Shown piece after piece: positions 46,984 to 57,038 of a stretch of DNA of 64,000 nucleotides; position 1 is the first letter of the stretch, and each line of letters starts with the position of its first letter. The notes under the pieces are model-generated. The model searched no databases. It worked only from the letters and a program-made list of their open reading frames with translations, and was not told where the DNA came from. This stretch comes from Polyangiaceae bacterium (GTDB taxonomy: Bacteria; Myxococcota_A; Polyangia; Polyangiales; Polyangiaceae). The stretch spans positions 32,001 through 96,000 of the forward strand of contig JANRKO010000045.1 of assembly GCA_033763455.1 (NCBI GenBank), in the 5' to 3' direction. The position numbers and the translations under genes were made by a program.

Positions 46984-47289
46984 GAACGGGTTCCGCTTGT
47001 GGGGTGTTGCTGTTCGCAGCGTCGATGGCATGACCGTCAGCTTACGGCCGGTTGGGATCCGCGCAAGCGAGTTTGGTCGGAGGACACTACCCGCTCCGTT
47101 TGGACCGTTCCGGGTGCAACCGCGTTGCCAAGGTTTCATTGGAGCTCGGGTTCGGAAAAGGCGCATTCCGCGGGTTGTCAATTAGACGGTCCCAAGACCG
47201 CCGTGCCCCCCATTTTTTGGAATTAGAATATTGGTCCAAAAACTAAAGGCAGGATCCATTTCCCGCGAGAAACATGCCGGAGCTGAGCA

Positions 47290-47319
47290 ATATTCGGTAT
47301 TAAATTTAATTCCGAATAT
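47290..47319. promoter_or_regulatory. 30-bp AT-rich near-perfect palindrome (candidate operator)
   Basis: atattcgg-t-attaaa|tttaat-t-ccgaatat, 14 of 15 pairs complementary. Confidence 0.6.
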
Positions 47320-47470
47320 ATTGGCTGGAAATTGCGAAAAGCCCTGCCCCTCTTCGCATTGGTGCGTGGAGGCGTGAACCTGTTTCGCAGGGCTCTGCCG
47401 GCTCCCGCCTAGCTCACCGAGCGAGCAGGTCACCAGCACGCATGGGTTCCGGAGCCAAGTCCTCCTCGGT

Positions 47471-47500
47471 GCGAAGGGAGCCTCACCCCTCCCCCTTCGC
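47471..47500. terminator. GC-rich hairpin, possible terminator
   Basis: gcgaagggag...cccccttcgc inverted repeat 20 bp beyond the stop of the minus-strand ORF at 47521. No U-tract. Confidence 0.35.
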
Positions 47501-47520
47501 TCGGGCTCTCAAGTGTTCGC

Positions 47521-47823
47521 CTACTGACAAGTCCCCGCGCTGCAAACCGAGCCGCCACCGGCGACGCAATCTTCAGCGAATGAGCATGTCCCAGCGTTAG
47601 CCTGCGCACAACTAATCACCACGCTTGATGCCTCCTGCGCGCACTTGCCGCAGCTCAGCTCATTGTCTTGCACGTCGTAATCGTAGCCAGCCAACGGCGC
47701 CGCGCCCAGCTGGCATGGATCACCAAACCGTGCCAAGCGTGAAGCTGCCGTCGGCTGCTGTTTCGGTGAACAATGCGCTATCAACAATGCTTCCGTTGGG
47801 GTATGAAGTAGCATTCCTCCCAA
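47521..47823 (-). pseudogene. Cys-rich small ORF, probable remnant of a secreted protein
   Basis: C-terminal CSFAEDC...SVCSAGTC resembles myxobacterial Cys repeats. No convincing start or signal peptide. Confidence 0.3.
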
Positions 47824-48104
47824 GGACTGCGCTGGCTTGGTGATTTTCTCGCGTGTGTATTCATGTTTGTACAGAGTATGTCCGCCTGGACCTGAGCACT
47901 GCCATTCGGTGGCAGAGCGGCCAGCAATTACAGCGCCGACTCCGGGGCGCCAGAAGGGGTGGAGCGCATAGGCCGCCCAGGCTGCTTGCGCTGCACACGA
48001 GGATTAGAACGTCGGCGCTTTTGAACGCTCGGGCTCCGCAGATGAAGCGCTACCATCACATTCGACGAGGTCTGCCTCAGCCCACCACGATCCAACTCTG
48101 CCAG

Positions 48105-49424
48105 CTAAGGTAACGCGTACCCTAGGACATCCTGGGCGGGGCTGAGCGAAGCGAATTGCGGGGCGCATCCGGCTGCTAGGGCTTGAAGGCGTACCCACTC
48201 CGAGGAACGAGCTACCTTATCGACGCGCAATTCGTCAATCATGCCATTGAACCAAGAATCCACGCCGCCTTCTTCACTCCCGATGGCGTTCTCACCGCTC
48301 GGCGTGGACAGAAAAAGCGAGCCTGTCCACATTCCCTGGCGTTCGCCAACGGAGTCACCGTTGACATACAAGCGCGTTGTTTTCCGTGGAACATCAATCA
48401 CAACGGTTACGTAAGACCATTCGCGGTCAGCCACCGAATCGCGAGGCGAAAGAGCCCATTCGTAGGGGCCATCATCAGGGTTAGCCTCACCGATGAGTTC
48501 CCCTGCGGAGCTAACAGCAACTGATACTCGGGAAATATGGCTAGGTTCGGCAATACTCGTGGCAAAGAGGATCTGTTGACCTTTTTGCAGCGTAGGCTCG
48601 AGACTGCGATCGTGTTTTACCCAGGCTGATACCGTGACGCCGCTGGCGCCGGAAACGAAGTCAGCGTACTCGGGCAACTTTACGAAATCCTTCTCAAGTC
48701 GTTTCAAGAACAATCCCGCGCCAATCTTCGAGGCTGCAAAGCTCCCCATATTGGCTGCTCCTTCGCTTTGCTGGTGCCCGCTCGAATCAGCGACCTTGTC
48801 CGCCATGTGCCACACGGCGCTATAGCTGGGGGCCCACACATCACTAGCCGAAAAGGTTGACGGCGGCGAATCTTGCCCCCCGTAATAGAGCCAGAACCCG
48901 TATCCGTTCCCATTGGGTCTAAGCTCTGGCGCTCGTACCCAAATCAGGGCTTCTCCCCCTGCGGCCCAAAGCTCTACCTCGTACGGAAGCGCTTCACCTT
49001 CCGCAGAGAAGAACCGAAGACCCGCGCCGTCTGTTGCACCCCGCAGAAGTGAAGTCTGAATTCGTAGCAAGACGGGAAGGCCCGTTAGTGCCTCGGACAG
49101 ACTTGGAACCGCCAACTGCACCCAGCGCCTCGTAAGCGTAGATACAACGCTCGATGCGCCGGCAGCACCAGCCGGAGGCGCTGGTGCGGAACCCGCTTTG
49201 GCGGCCGATGCCCCACCCGACAAGAACGATGCCCCCCTACCACCCATGCCTCCCGCTGGCATCGCTCGTGTGGGTGAGACGTCGATCGTACCGCGACCCG
49301 CAGTTGTCGGCACGCTCGCCTCTTGCCCCGAAGGCAGGGAAGTGCTGGACGATGAAGTGCACGAAACTAATGCATGATGGAGGAGGGGTATGGTGATTAC
49401 AGCAATTCGAAACGCAAATTTCAT
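48105..49424 (-). CDS. DUF2341 + LamG/concanavalin-A-like domain lipoprotein
   Basis: PVLLR, LRF...G..LPYEVE.W, IWVR.P.L, LYYG and AVWHM (DUF2341). TVSAWVK, W.YVTVV, LYVNG and FNGMIDELRV (LamG). Lipobox LVSC. Confidence 0.85.
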   Translation of the reverse strand: MKFAFRIAVITIPLLHHALVSCTSSSSTSLPSGQEASVPTTAGRGTIDVSPTRAMPAGGMGGRGASFLSGGASAAKAGSAPAPPAGAAGASSVVSTLTRRWVQLAVPSLSEALTGLPVLLRIQTSLLRGATDGAGLRFFSAEGEALPYEVELWAAGGEALIWVRAPELRPNGNGYGFWLYYGGQDSPPSTFSASDVWAPSYSAVWHMADKVADSSGHQQSEGAANMGSFAASKIGAGLFLKRLEKDFVKLPEYADFVSGASGVTVSAWVKHDRSLEPTLQKGQQILFATSIAEPSHISRVSVAVSSAGELIGEANPDDGPYEWALSPRDSVADREWSYVTVVIDVPRKTTRLYVNGDSVGERQGMWTGSLFLSTPSGENAIGSEEGGVDSWFNGMIDELRVDKVARSSEWVRLQALAAGCAPQFASLSPAQDVLGYALP

Positions 49425-49427
49425 CGA

Positions 49428-50774
49428 CTAGATCCCCGGCAGAGGTTCGACTTGTTTGGCAAACTCGGTCACCCCCAACCCCGCACGTTGTAGAACGCTC
49501 AGCATGAGGCGCGCTGCCGGTAACCCACCGAAGCGGACGTGTCTTCCCGTCGTTACGGTGCCACCCCCCTTGCCCGCAAGAATCAGTGGCAAATTGGTCA
49601 CGTCATGCGCGCCACCGTTGCCGAGCTCACTCCCCATGTAGATAAGACAGTTATCAAGCACAGTGCCGTTGCCCTCTGGGGTTGCTTTTAGGGATTTCAG
49701 TAGCCGAGCAAAGAACCCTACGTGTAGACGGCCATAGCCAAGAATCCCGGGCATGTTGCCGTCGTGGTGGCAGTTGTGCTGCGCTGGCAACGTTGAGGTG
49801 CCAAGCGCTTGAGCGACAGCGGAATTCCGAGCGTCGCATAAACCGCTCTCGTTGTCACAGTCCCTACCGTTAGTGACCATGAAGCTGCCGTAGCGGGTCA
49901 TATCGCATTTGAGGGCAATTGCAAGAAGTTCATTCATGACTTCGGCGCGACGAACGCCGTCGAGGGGAGCGGCTGGGCGTTCTGGCCCGACGGCGCATAT
50001 CGGATCGGTGTTGGTGGGCGGCGAAAAGATGCTGCGCTCTAGCTCTCTCACTGCCGAAAGATGGGCATCAATCTTCTGTCGATCAGCGGGACCAACAACA
50101 GCACTCAAAGACACCGCTTCGCTCTTAACTAGGTCGAGTACACTCTTGCGAGACTGGGCCCGATAGGCATCCTCGGCGGTGCTACCTGACGCGCCAAACA
50201 GCTTGGAAAAGAGTACTCGCTCGTCACGAATCGCTGGGGCACGCTGCTGTTTGGCCACCCAAGAGATGTTGGAAATGACCGCGCCGCTGACGCTCTCCTG
50301 GACGGTGGTACTCTCCGGGCCAGCGGCTAGCACAAGCGAAGCGAAACGTGTCTCCGCCCCTTTGAGCTTTGCGGCAACTTGATCCAACGAAGGCCCACCT
50401 GCCCCAAGGTTGGTGATCGGCATGCCATTGGCGAAGGTTCCCGTTCCCACAATATGCCCGTCCGTCAGGATAGACTCGCGGTTGGCGTCAAGGCCAGTAA
50501 GGACGCTGAAGTCGGTCTTAAACTCGGCCAGGGGTTCCAACAGTGCAGTTAGCTCGTAATCAGTGCCCTCTTGCGCGGGATGCCACACCGAAGGGTGCAC
50601 ACCGTTCGGCATGAACCACGTCAGAATCCTCACGGGGGGCGAAGTTGCTGCCCTCGCAGAGTTTACGAAGAAACGACCTCGATCATCCTGCATGATATCT
50701 AGAGCGGGCAGCCCCAGCGTTGCTCCTGCCCCCATCAGCAGGGTACGACGCGAAATACGCTTAAAACGATTCAT
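49428..50774 (-). CDS. DUF1552 family protein with Tat-type leader (copy 1)
   Basis: SRRTLLMGAG..LGLP.LD, PNG, PSLDQ, SVLD, AL.CD.TR and G.G.VLDN. Confidence 0.88.
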   Translation of the reverse strand: MNRFKRISRRTLLMGAGATLGLPALDIMQDDRGRFFVNSARAATSPPVRILTWFMPNGVHPSVWHPAQEGTDYELTALLEPLAEFKTDFSVLTGLDANRESILTDGHIVGTGTFANGMPITNLGAGGPSLDQVAAKLKGAETRFASLVLAAGPESTTVQESVSGAVISNISWVAKQQRAPAIRDERVLFSKLFGASGSTAEDAYRAQSRKSVLDLVKSEAVSLSAVVGPADRQKIDAHLSAVRELERSIFSPPTNTDPICAVGPERPAAPLDGVRRAEVMNELLAIALKCDMTRYGSFMVTNGRDCDNESGLCDARNSAVAQALGTSTLPAQHNCHHDGNMPGILGYGRLHVGFFARLLKSLKATPEGNGTVLDNCLIYMGSELGNGGAHDVTNLPLILAGKGGGTVTTGRHVRFGGLPAARLMLSVLQRAGLGVTEFAKQVEPLPGI

Positions 50775-50780
50775 AGTTAC

Positions 50781-52679
50781 TCACCTTGTGGCTATCTGTT
50801 CGTCGCGAACATAAGTAAACGCTTCGCTCCGGGCCAACGCTCTAACCAACTCCAAGAACGACCCTTCGGATGCTAAGAACGCCTGAGACAAGTAGTCCCG
50901 GGTGCACACGTCCCCAGACCCGAGTGTTCTCGCCAACGCGTAAGTGAGCACCTTGCTCACGACGCACTGTTGAAGCGCGGGAGAAGATCGGAGTTTCTGC
51001 CCAAGAGCTGGAGCGCCAACGAAATCGGGAGAGGGGAACCCAGCGAGCGTTCCCGCATCGGAGACGTTGGGATCTTCTGTGTAGACTCCTATTCCGTCGT
51101 AACGAGCGAGCCCGAATCCGAGAGGTTCAAGGAGGGCATGGCAAGCCGAGCAAGCTGGATCCGTGCGGTGCCGCGCGAGCCGCTCACGTTCACCTTCATC
51201 TCTGATTTTCTCTGGAAGGGCTGGAATGGTTGGCGGGGGCTGAGGCAGCGTCTCACACAAGAGAACTTCGCGGATGTACTTTCCGCGCTCAATGGCCGGC
51301 GCTTGGTGCTGCCCCGTTGAAACAAGAAAGGATGGCTGCGTTAGGATCCCCGAGCGCTGGCCCGCCGGAAGCTCGGCGCGAACCCAACCGAGAGCCGCTG
51401 TGGAGGGCTCTGGAATCTTGTACACGTAGCTTGCAAGCTGCCAATCAATGATCGAGTAGGAAGCTGTGACCAAATCGAGGAAGTTGGCCTTGTCTCGCCA
51501 AATTAGATCCGAGACAAAGCGCAGTGTCTCCTCTTCGGACTTCGGTTGGAGTTCAAAGGTCCATCGGCCACCGTACTCGTTCTTGAATGGGCCGCCGGGA
51601 GCGGACTGCAGTATGCGGTCCGTCTTCAGCCACTGCTGGACGAGCGAACGGAGGCCCTCCTCGGCCCTCGCATCGTTCAGCATCAGATCAACCGTGTTGG
51701 CAAGCGCAACAGGCCCTTCCAGTTCTCCAGCAGCCGCCCGATCCAGCAGGCCCGAATCCGGGGCCGTGCCCCACAAGAAATAGGCTAGCCGCGACGCAAG
51801 CTCGTAGCCGCCCAGGCGCAGCAATTCGGGCCGCCTCGGATCCTTAGTCCCGCTTTCATGACGGAAGAGAAACTTTGGCGATTGCAGAACCGCCTCTATC
51901 ACTAGCTGCGCGCCGGAGTAGGGGCTCGGCCCCGGGGATTGCGCCAGCGCCAGAAAAGCGGAGTTCTCTTCAACGGTTAACGGACGCCGGTACGCCAGGC
52001 GCCCAAATCGACTGACAAAATCCTGCAAGCACGCCGCGCGGGCCGTTCCCTCCAGGCTACACCCGATCACCTTATCTCGTCGTTTCGGATCGGCAACGAC
52101 CGCACCTGCTATACGCTCGGCCTGATTCAGGTACTGGCTGGCGTGTTCCACTGAAATATCGACCACTTCAGCGTTATTGTCGAACCCACCGATTGTGGAA
52201 TCTTGGGGAAAATCAGACGAGGGCGTGGGGAGCGCCTCAAAGTGAACGTCGCGAACGATTCGCCAACCGCGTTGAAAGTTCTCCCCAAGCAGATCACGAA
52301 CAGAATTGTCGTACTCACGATTGGTTAACTTGCGAATAAATGATGGACCGGGGTCAAGTTGTTCAAGGCTGCAGGTATACGGCCAAGGCTGAGGCGGAAC
52401 TGTCCCCTGCATACCGCCAGCGGCGCTGCCTACTCCCCCTCCCCCCACGCCGGAGGCCGCCCCACCGATGCCCGACGGTTCGGGTGTTAAGCGAGCGCCT
52501 CCGCTGGCTCCACCGGTTGGACTCGCAGCGCTTGAGCCCACTTGACCGTTATCGGGCACTGACGTGCTGCAGCCCAACAGGCAAAAAACAAACGATGCAC
52601 CCAAGATCACCGATCGAAGCCTGGCGGGGCGGCGAGCGCCCCTTACGCGGGAGGGGGCGGCAAAAAGAAGGAGTGCCAT
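50781..52679 (-). CDS. DUF1587/1595/1592/1588/1585 (PSD/PSCyt) domain lipoprotein with CxxCH (copy 1)
   Basis: RKLT.REYDNSVRDLLG, AYRRPL, LQSPKFLFR, ELASRLAYFLW..PD, RSGILTQ and CSACH..EPLGFGL. Lipobox LLGC. Confidence 0.9.
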   Translation of the reverse strand: MALLLFAAPSRVRGARRPARLRSVILGASFVFCLLGCSTSVPDNGQVGSSAASPTGGASGGARLTPEPSGIGGAASGVGGGGVGSAAGGMQGTVPPQPWPYTCSLEQLDPGPSFIRKLTNREYDNSVRDLLGENFQRGWRIVRDVHFEALPTPSSDFPQDSTIGGFDNNAEVVDISVEHASQYLNQAERIAGAVVADPKRRDKVIGCSLEGTARAACLQDFVSRFGRLAYRRPLTVEENSAFLALAQSPGPSPYSGAQLVIEAVLQSPKFLFRHESGTKDPRRPELLRLGGYELASRLAYFLWGTAPDSGLLDRAAAGELEGPVALANTVDLMLNDARAEEGLRSLVQQWLKTDRILQSAPGGPFKNEYGGRWTFELQPKSEEETLRFVSDLIWRDKANFLDLVTASYSIIDWQLASYVYKIPEPSTAALGWVRAELPAGQRSGILTQPSFLVSTGQHQAPAIERGKYIREVLLCETLPQPPPTIPALPEKIRDEGERERLARHRTDPACSACHALLEPLGFGLARYDGIGVYTEDPNVSDAGTLAGFPSPDFVGAPALGQKLRSSPALQQCVVSKVLTYALARTLGSGDVCTRDYLSQAFLASEGSFLELVRALARSEAFTYVRDEQIATR

Positions 52680-52796
52680 GAAGAGTGAGTGGGCGCGGGA
52701 GGAGCGCAGGGTTAGTTTTCCTCACCGCACGGAAACAAAATCCACGGCACCGGCGATTCTGTCAGAAAATGCCGCCTGTTCCGGCATTGAGCACCT

Positions 52797-54536
52797 ATGG
52801 AACCACAGAACGAAGGCTTGGGGCGCGGGTGCTGCGGTGCGGTACTAGCCCTGTGCGCGTGTCTTGCCGCTCAGCTGAGCTGCTCAGTCGGCACCCCTGG
52901 TAGGGTCCCAGCCAGCCAGGGCCCTCCGCCAGGTTCGGGCGTTGGCCCAAGCGTTCCCAGCGGCGCAGGTGGAGAGGGTTCGGGCCTAGGGGGTGGCCAA
53001 CCTGAACGAGCGGACCAACGGGCTTCCGGAAATCAGCTACGGCTTCGATTGCTCACGAGGTCCGAATACTTAGATACGGTCAGCCAGCTCTTCGGGAGCG
53101 TGTCAGTGCCAAAGCTACCGGACGATACGAGTGTTGCGGGCTTTCGATCCATCGGATCCGCGAAGGTGAGCTTGAGCACGAATGCCATCGAAGCCTACGC
53201 GGCAGCAGCCCGCAGTGTTGTAAGCGAAGTGTTCAGAACAGATACACGCTGGCGCGCGCATGTTGGATGCGAGCCAACACCCGACCTCACGGACGCGTGC
53301 ACAGCAGCCTACATCGCTCGCTTCGGGCGGCTAGCCTATCGGCGCGCACTGACACCGGAAGAGTCGATGAAGTGGATTGCTCTCGCGGTGAAGTTGGCCG
53401 CTATCTCGGGGGCGCCCGCGCCGGCCCTATCCGAGCTCACAGCAAGCATGCTTCAGTCGCCGAACTTCCTGTACCGCGTGGAGCGCGCCGTCGGCGACGG
53501 TACCTCCCCTCGATATAAGTTCCAGGCCTATTCAGTGGCAACGCGCTTGGCGTTTATTCTCACCGGAGCAGGGCCGAGCGATGCCCTGCTTACCGCGGCC
53601 GAACAAGGTGCCCTCGACACCCCAATCAGCGTACGCCAGGCAGCCGAAGCCCTGCTGGCCGACCCCCGAGCGGATAAGCATCTGGCGGAGTTTTTTCTTG
53701 AGTTGGCCGGAGTCGAGGGTGTCGAGCTTGTGGGTAAGTCAGCTGAGTATGTTACATTCAATGCTGAACTCAGATCTTCCCTGCTAACCGAGACCCAGCT
53801 GTTCGTGCAGGACGCGGTGCTTGGCCCCGGTGCTGATGCACTGTCCTTCTTCGACAGTTCGCGGACCTACATCAATGAATCCGTAGCAGCTCTTTACGGC
53901 GTCGTCCCAAGTGGCGCAGGTTTTCAGCCCTACGATCTGCCACCAGAGAGTGGGCGCACTGGCATCTTGGGAAAGGCTAGTTTTCTTGCAGCTCATGCAG
54001 GTGCCTCCGGCAGTTCGCCAACAAAGCGAGGTGTCTTCATCCTCCAAGGCCTTATGTGCCAGCCCCCCCCTTCCCCACCGCCTGGAGTCGATACATCCTT
54101 GGCGGAAGAACCGTCAGGCACGCCTCGAACAACGCGGATGAAGTTCGAAGATCATCAAGCGAAGCCCGCGTGCGCAGGGTGCCACGCGATAACGGACTCG
54201 TACGGCTTTGCACTTGAACACTTCGACGCCATCGGTCGCTATCGCATCACGGACAACGGGCTTCCCGTGAATTCCGCCACGGTCATCAATGGAACACCCG
54301 TCAATGGACTGCTTGAATTGGCCGCGCTTCTGAGAACCGACCCCGAGACGCAAAGTTGTCTCGCCAGAAGGTTCTACCGATACGCAACCGCCACCGCAAT
54401 GAATATCGCGGACGAAAACGTGGTCAACGGCTTGGCAGGGAGCTTCGCCGGGCAGCCCCTCGACTGGCGTAAGTTCATCGTCAACTTTGCGGGCAGCGAA
54501 GCGTTTCTATCGACCGTAGCGGACACCCGAATCTGA
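52797..54536 (+). CDS. DUF1592-family (PSD/PSCyt) domain lipoprotein with CxxCH (copy 2)
   Basis: RLLTRSEY, AYRRAL, LQSPNFLYR, RTGILG, SSPTKRG and CAGCH...GFALEHFDAIGRYR. Lipobox QLSC. Confidence 0.9.
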   Translation: MEPQNEGLGRGCCGAVLALCACLAAQLSCSVGTPGRVPASQGPPPGSGVGPSVPSGAGGEGSGLGGGQPERADQRASGNQLRLRLLTRSEYLDTVSQLFGSVSVPKLPDDTSVAGFRSIGSAKVSLSTNAIEAYAAAARSVVSEVFRTDTRWRAHVGCEPTPDLTDACTAAYIARFGRLAYRRALTPEESMKWIALAVKLAAISGAPAPALSELTASMLQSPNFLYRVERAVGDGTSPRYKFQAYSVATRLAFILTGAGPSDALLTAAEQGALDTPISVRQAAEALLADPRADKHLAEFFLELAGVEGVELVGKSAEYVTFNAELRSSLLTETQLFVQDAVLGPGADALSFFDSSRTYINESVAALYGVVPSGAGFQPYDLPPESGRTGILGKASFLAAHAGASGSSPTKRGVFILQGLMCQPPPSPPPGVDTSLAEEPSGTPRTTRMKFEDHQAKPACAGCHAITDSYGFALEHFDAIGRYRITDNGLPVNSATVINGTPVNGLLELAALLRTDPETQSCLARRFYRYATATAMNIADENVVNGLAGSFAGQPLDWRKFIVNFAGSEAFLSTVADTRI

Positions 54537-54554
54537 GTTGAAGGACGCGTTCGT

Positions 54555-55925
54555 ATGCTGAAGAAATTGAAGGTCAGTAGGCGTATGGCTTTAAGGGGTG
54601 CGGTATCAGGAGCTGCGGTAGCAATCTGGCTGCCCGTGCTCGACGCAATGACGAACGAGCACGGTGAGTCTTTCGCCCAAGGAGAACCGCTTCCGACAAC
54701 CTTCGGCGTCTTTTTCTGGGGGAATGGCGTCCAAAAGGCCCACTGGACGCCCGAGGGCGCTCCGGGCGCTGGATGGGCCCTTCCACGCAATCTGGTTGCT
54801 TTTGAGCCTATAAAACACAGGCTAACGTTGCTTACCGGGTTGAAAATGCTGGATGGCGGGCAGCGGGGGCACGGAGCGGGAGTACTGTATGTGCTCTGTG
54901 GTGGTAACCACAGCATGGCCGTAACAAAAAGCGATATCGATTTCGAGCCATACGGCTTCGAACGACACACCTCAACGCAGTCCATCCCAACGATCGATCA
55001 GATTGTTGCCGATGATCTAGAAAAGCGGAGCCCTTCAACCTTTAGATCGCTTGAAACGGGCGCCCTTGCGTACCGGGGTATGAACATGGGCACAGTAAGC
55101 ACGGCGCTCGCACACCGCGGACCCTACGACGTCTTGCCACCTGAGAGAGACCCTGTGGCCCTCTACGACCGACTGTTTTCTGGCCTGGGCAGTCCCGCGA
55201 GTGCGATTGTCCTGCAAATGCACAAGAGCTCCTTGGACGCCGTACGCGACGACCTTGAACGACTCAAGATGCAGGTTGGCGCCGTGGACGCCGCGCGCGT
55301 GGATCGGCATATGGAGGGGATTAGAGAGATAGAAAGCCGACTGGTAGCTACTGGGAGAATCGATGGAAACTGCCAGCCCTCTCGACCCGGTGTTCTTGGC
55401 GAGGACGGAATGTTGCTCACCCAGCGGAGCCAAGCTATCAATCGGCTCGTCGGGGCGGCTCTCGGATGCAATTTGACTAGGGTCTATACTCACCTGTGGT
55501 CCGGCGCTCGCGACGACAACACGTACCCCATTCTCGGAATCAACATAGAGCACCACGGGCTCACGCACGATGGGCCAGCATCTAACCTTCTTGCTTCCGA
55601 CATCGAGCGCTACATCATGGAGCAGTACGCAGATCTGGCCATCGTGCTCGATCAAACACCAATGGGTGCCAGCACGCTATTGGACAGGACGATTAACTTT
55701 GGCGTGACCGAAGTCGCAGACCCTGCCACCCACGTCCACGAGGATTACCACCTTCTCGTTGTGGGCGGCGGAGCAGGCCGCATCAAGGGTGATCAATTTC
55801 TGGTGCTACAAGGCCGCAAGATAACTGAGGTTCAGCTGACGCTCCTGCAAACCATGGGCCTCAACATTACCGAATGGGGCAACTGGGACCACACGATGAA
55901 AACTGTGCCCGAGCTACTTACATAA
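54555..55925 (+). CDS. DUF1552 family protein with Tat-type leader (copy 2)
   Basis: SRRMALRG...WLP.LDAM, GNG, PTIDQ, SSLD, ALGCNLTR and HHGLTH. Confidence 0.88.
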   Translation: MLKKLKVSRRMALRGAVSGAAVAIWLPVLDAMTNEHGESFAQGEPLPTTFGVFFWGNGVQKAHWTPEGAPGAGWALPRNLVAFEPIKHRLTLLTGLKMLDGGQRGHGAGVLYVLCGGNHSMAVTKSDIDFEPYGFERHTSTQSIPTIDQIVADDLEKRSPSTFRSLETGALAYRGMNMGTVSTALAHRGPYDVLPPERDPVALYDRLFSGLGSPASAIVLQMHKSSLDAVRDDLERLKMQVGAVDAARVDRHMEGIREIESRLVATGRIDGNCQPSRPGVLGEDGMLLTQRSQAINRLVGAALGCNLTRVYTHLWSGARDDNTYPILGINIEHHGLTHDGPASNLLASDIERYIMEQYADLAIVLDQTPMGASTLLDRTINFGVTEVADPATHVHEDYHLLVVGGGAGRIKGDQFLVLQGRKITEVQLTLLQTMGLNITEWGNWDHTMKTVPELLT

Positions 55926-55986
55926 CCAACCTCAACCAGCCAAAGATTGCTTCGAACTCGTCACTGCACCGAAAGCCACCACTCCT

Positions 55987-57003
55987 ATGCACCTTACCAA
56001 GATCGCTTTCGCCTCCCTCGCCGTCGTGTGTAGCTGCAGCAGTACCCCAAGCGCTGGGCCAGCACCAAGCCCAGGAGCAGGCGCCGCCTTGGGTGGCTCC
56101 GCAAGTGGTGGAGCACGGAGTGCACCCTCCGGGCAATCCATGACAGGTACAACTGGTGGGGATTCCACATCTGGAAGCACTCCACCCGCCGGTGGCACCG
56201 CCACGATTGGTGGAGCGTCTGGCTACGGTGGCGGGAGCGAACTGGGTGGCGCGGGGACCATGCTTATGGGTGGCGCAGGCGGGGCCGCCGGCGCGGTCGC
56301 TGCCGGCCCATACGCACCTCGCAGTGGGTCATTCAAGATGCTGGTCTATTCAAGCACCCGGGGGTACCGGCACTACAGCTCAATCGATGCGGGCAAAATA
56401 ATGCTCCAGCAGATCGCGAACGAGCAGAACTTCGAGCTCACTTTAACCGAAAACAACGACCTTATTACACCGGCAGGCCTCGCGAATTACGAAATCATAT
56501 TCATGCTGAACCCGACTGGCGATATCTTCAACGATGAGCAACAGAGCGTATTTGTCAATTGGCTTACGAATGGTGGTGCCATCGCGGGCACGCACTCCAT
56601 GACGGATACGGAAAAGGATTGGCCGTTCTACACGGATATGGTCGGCCAGTCCTTCGAGCGGCACGTTTCCTGCTGCGATTCTGGGCGCGTCGATTTCGAG
56701 CCCGGCGTGGGTAACCATCCAGCGCTAGCGGGGCTCCCTAGCCCCTGGACGCTTAACGAGGAGTGGTACTTCTTCAGTGCTTGGCCAAACTGGATCAATA
56801 AGCCAGGGTTCAAGGTCCTCGGACGCGTAACTTCTGGGGACATCGTGAATCAACCAATCATGTGGACTCGCGAGTGGAATTCCTATCGACTCTTTTACAC
56901 CGCCCTAGGTCATGAAGCGTTCGCATTCGAAGATCCGAACGTAAAGAAGCACATTACCGGCGGAATCATGTGGGCAGTCCGCCGCGACCACCTGATACGC
57001 TAA
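55987..57003 (+). CDS. ThuA-like domain lipoprotein
   Basis: LVYS.T.GYRH.S.I.AG, GG..G.HS..D, EEWY.F and FYTALGH. Gly/Ser-rich linker after lipobox VCSC. Confidence 0.88.
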   Translation: MHLTKIAFASLAVVCSCSSTPSAGPAPSPGAGAALGGSASGGARSAPSGQSMTGTTGGDSTSGSTPPAGGTATIGGASGYGGGSELGGAGTMLMGGAGGAAGAVAAGPYAPRSGSFKMLVYSSTRGYRHYSSIDAGKIMLQQIANEQNFELTLTENNDLITPAGLANYEIIFMLNPTGDIFNDEQQSVFVNWLTNGGAIAGTHSMTDTEKDWPFYTDMVGQSFERHVSCCDSGRVDFEPGVGNHPALAGLPSPWTLNEEWYFFSAWPNWINKPGFKVLGRVTSGDIVNQPIMWTREWNSYRLFYTALGHEAFAFEDPNVKKHITGGIMWAVRRDHLIR

Positions 57004-57038
57004 ATCATTGGGGCGATTGGGCAGAGAGGGCTAACGCG

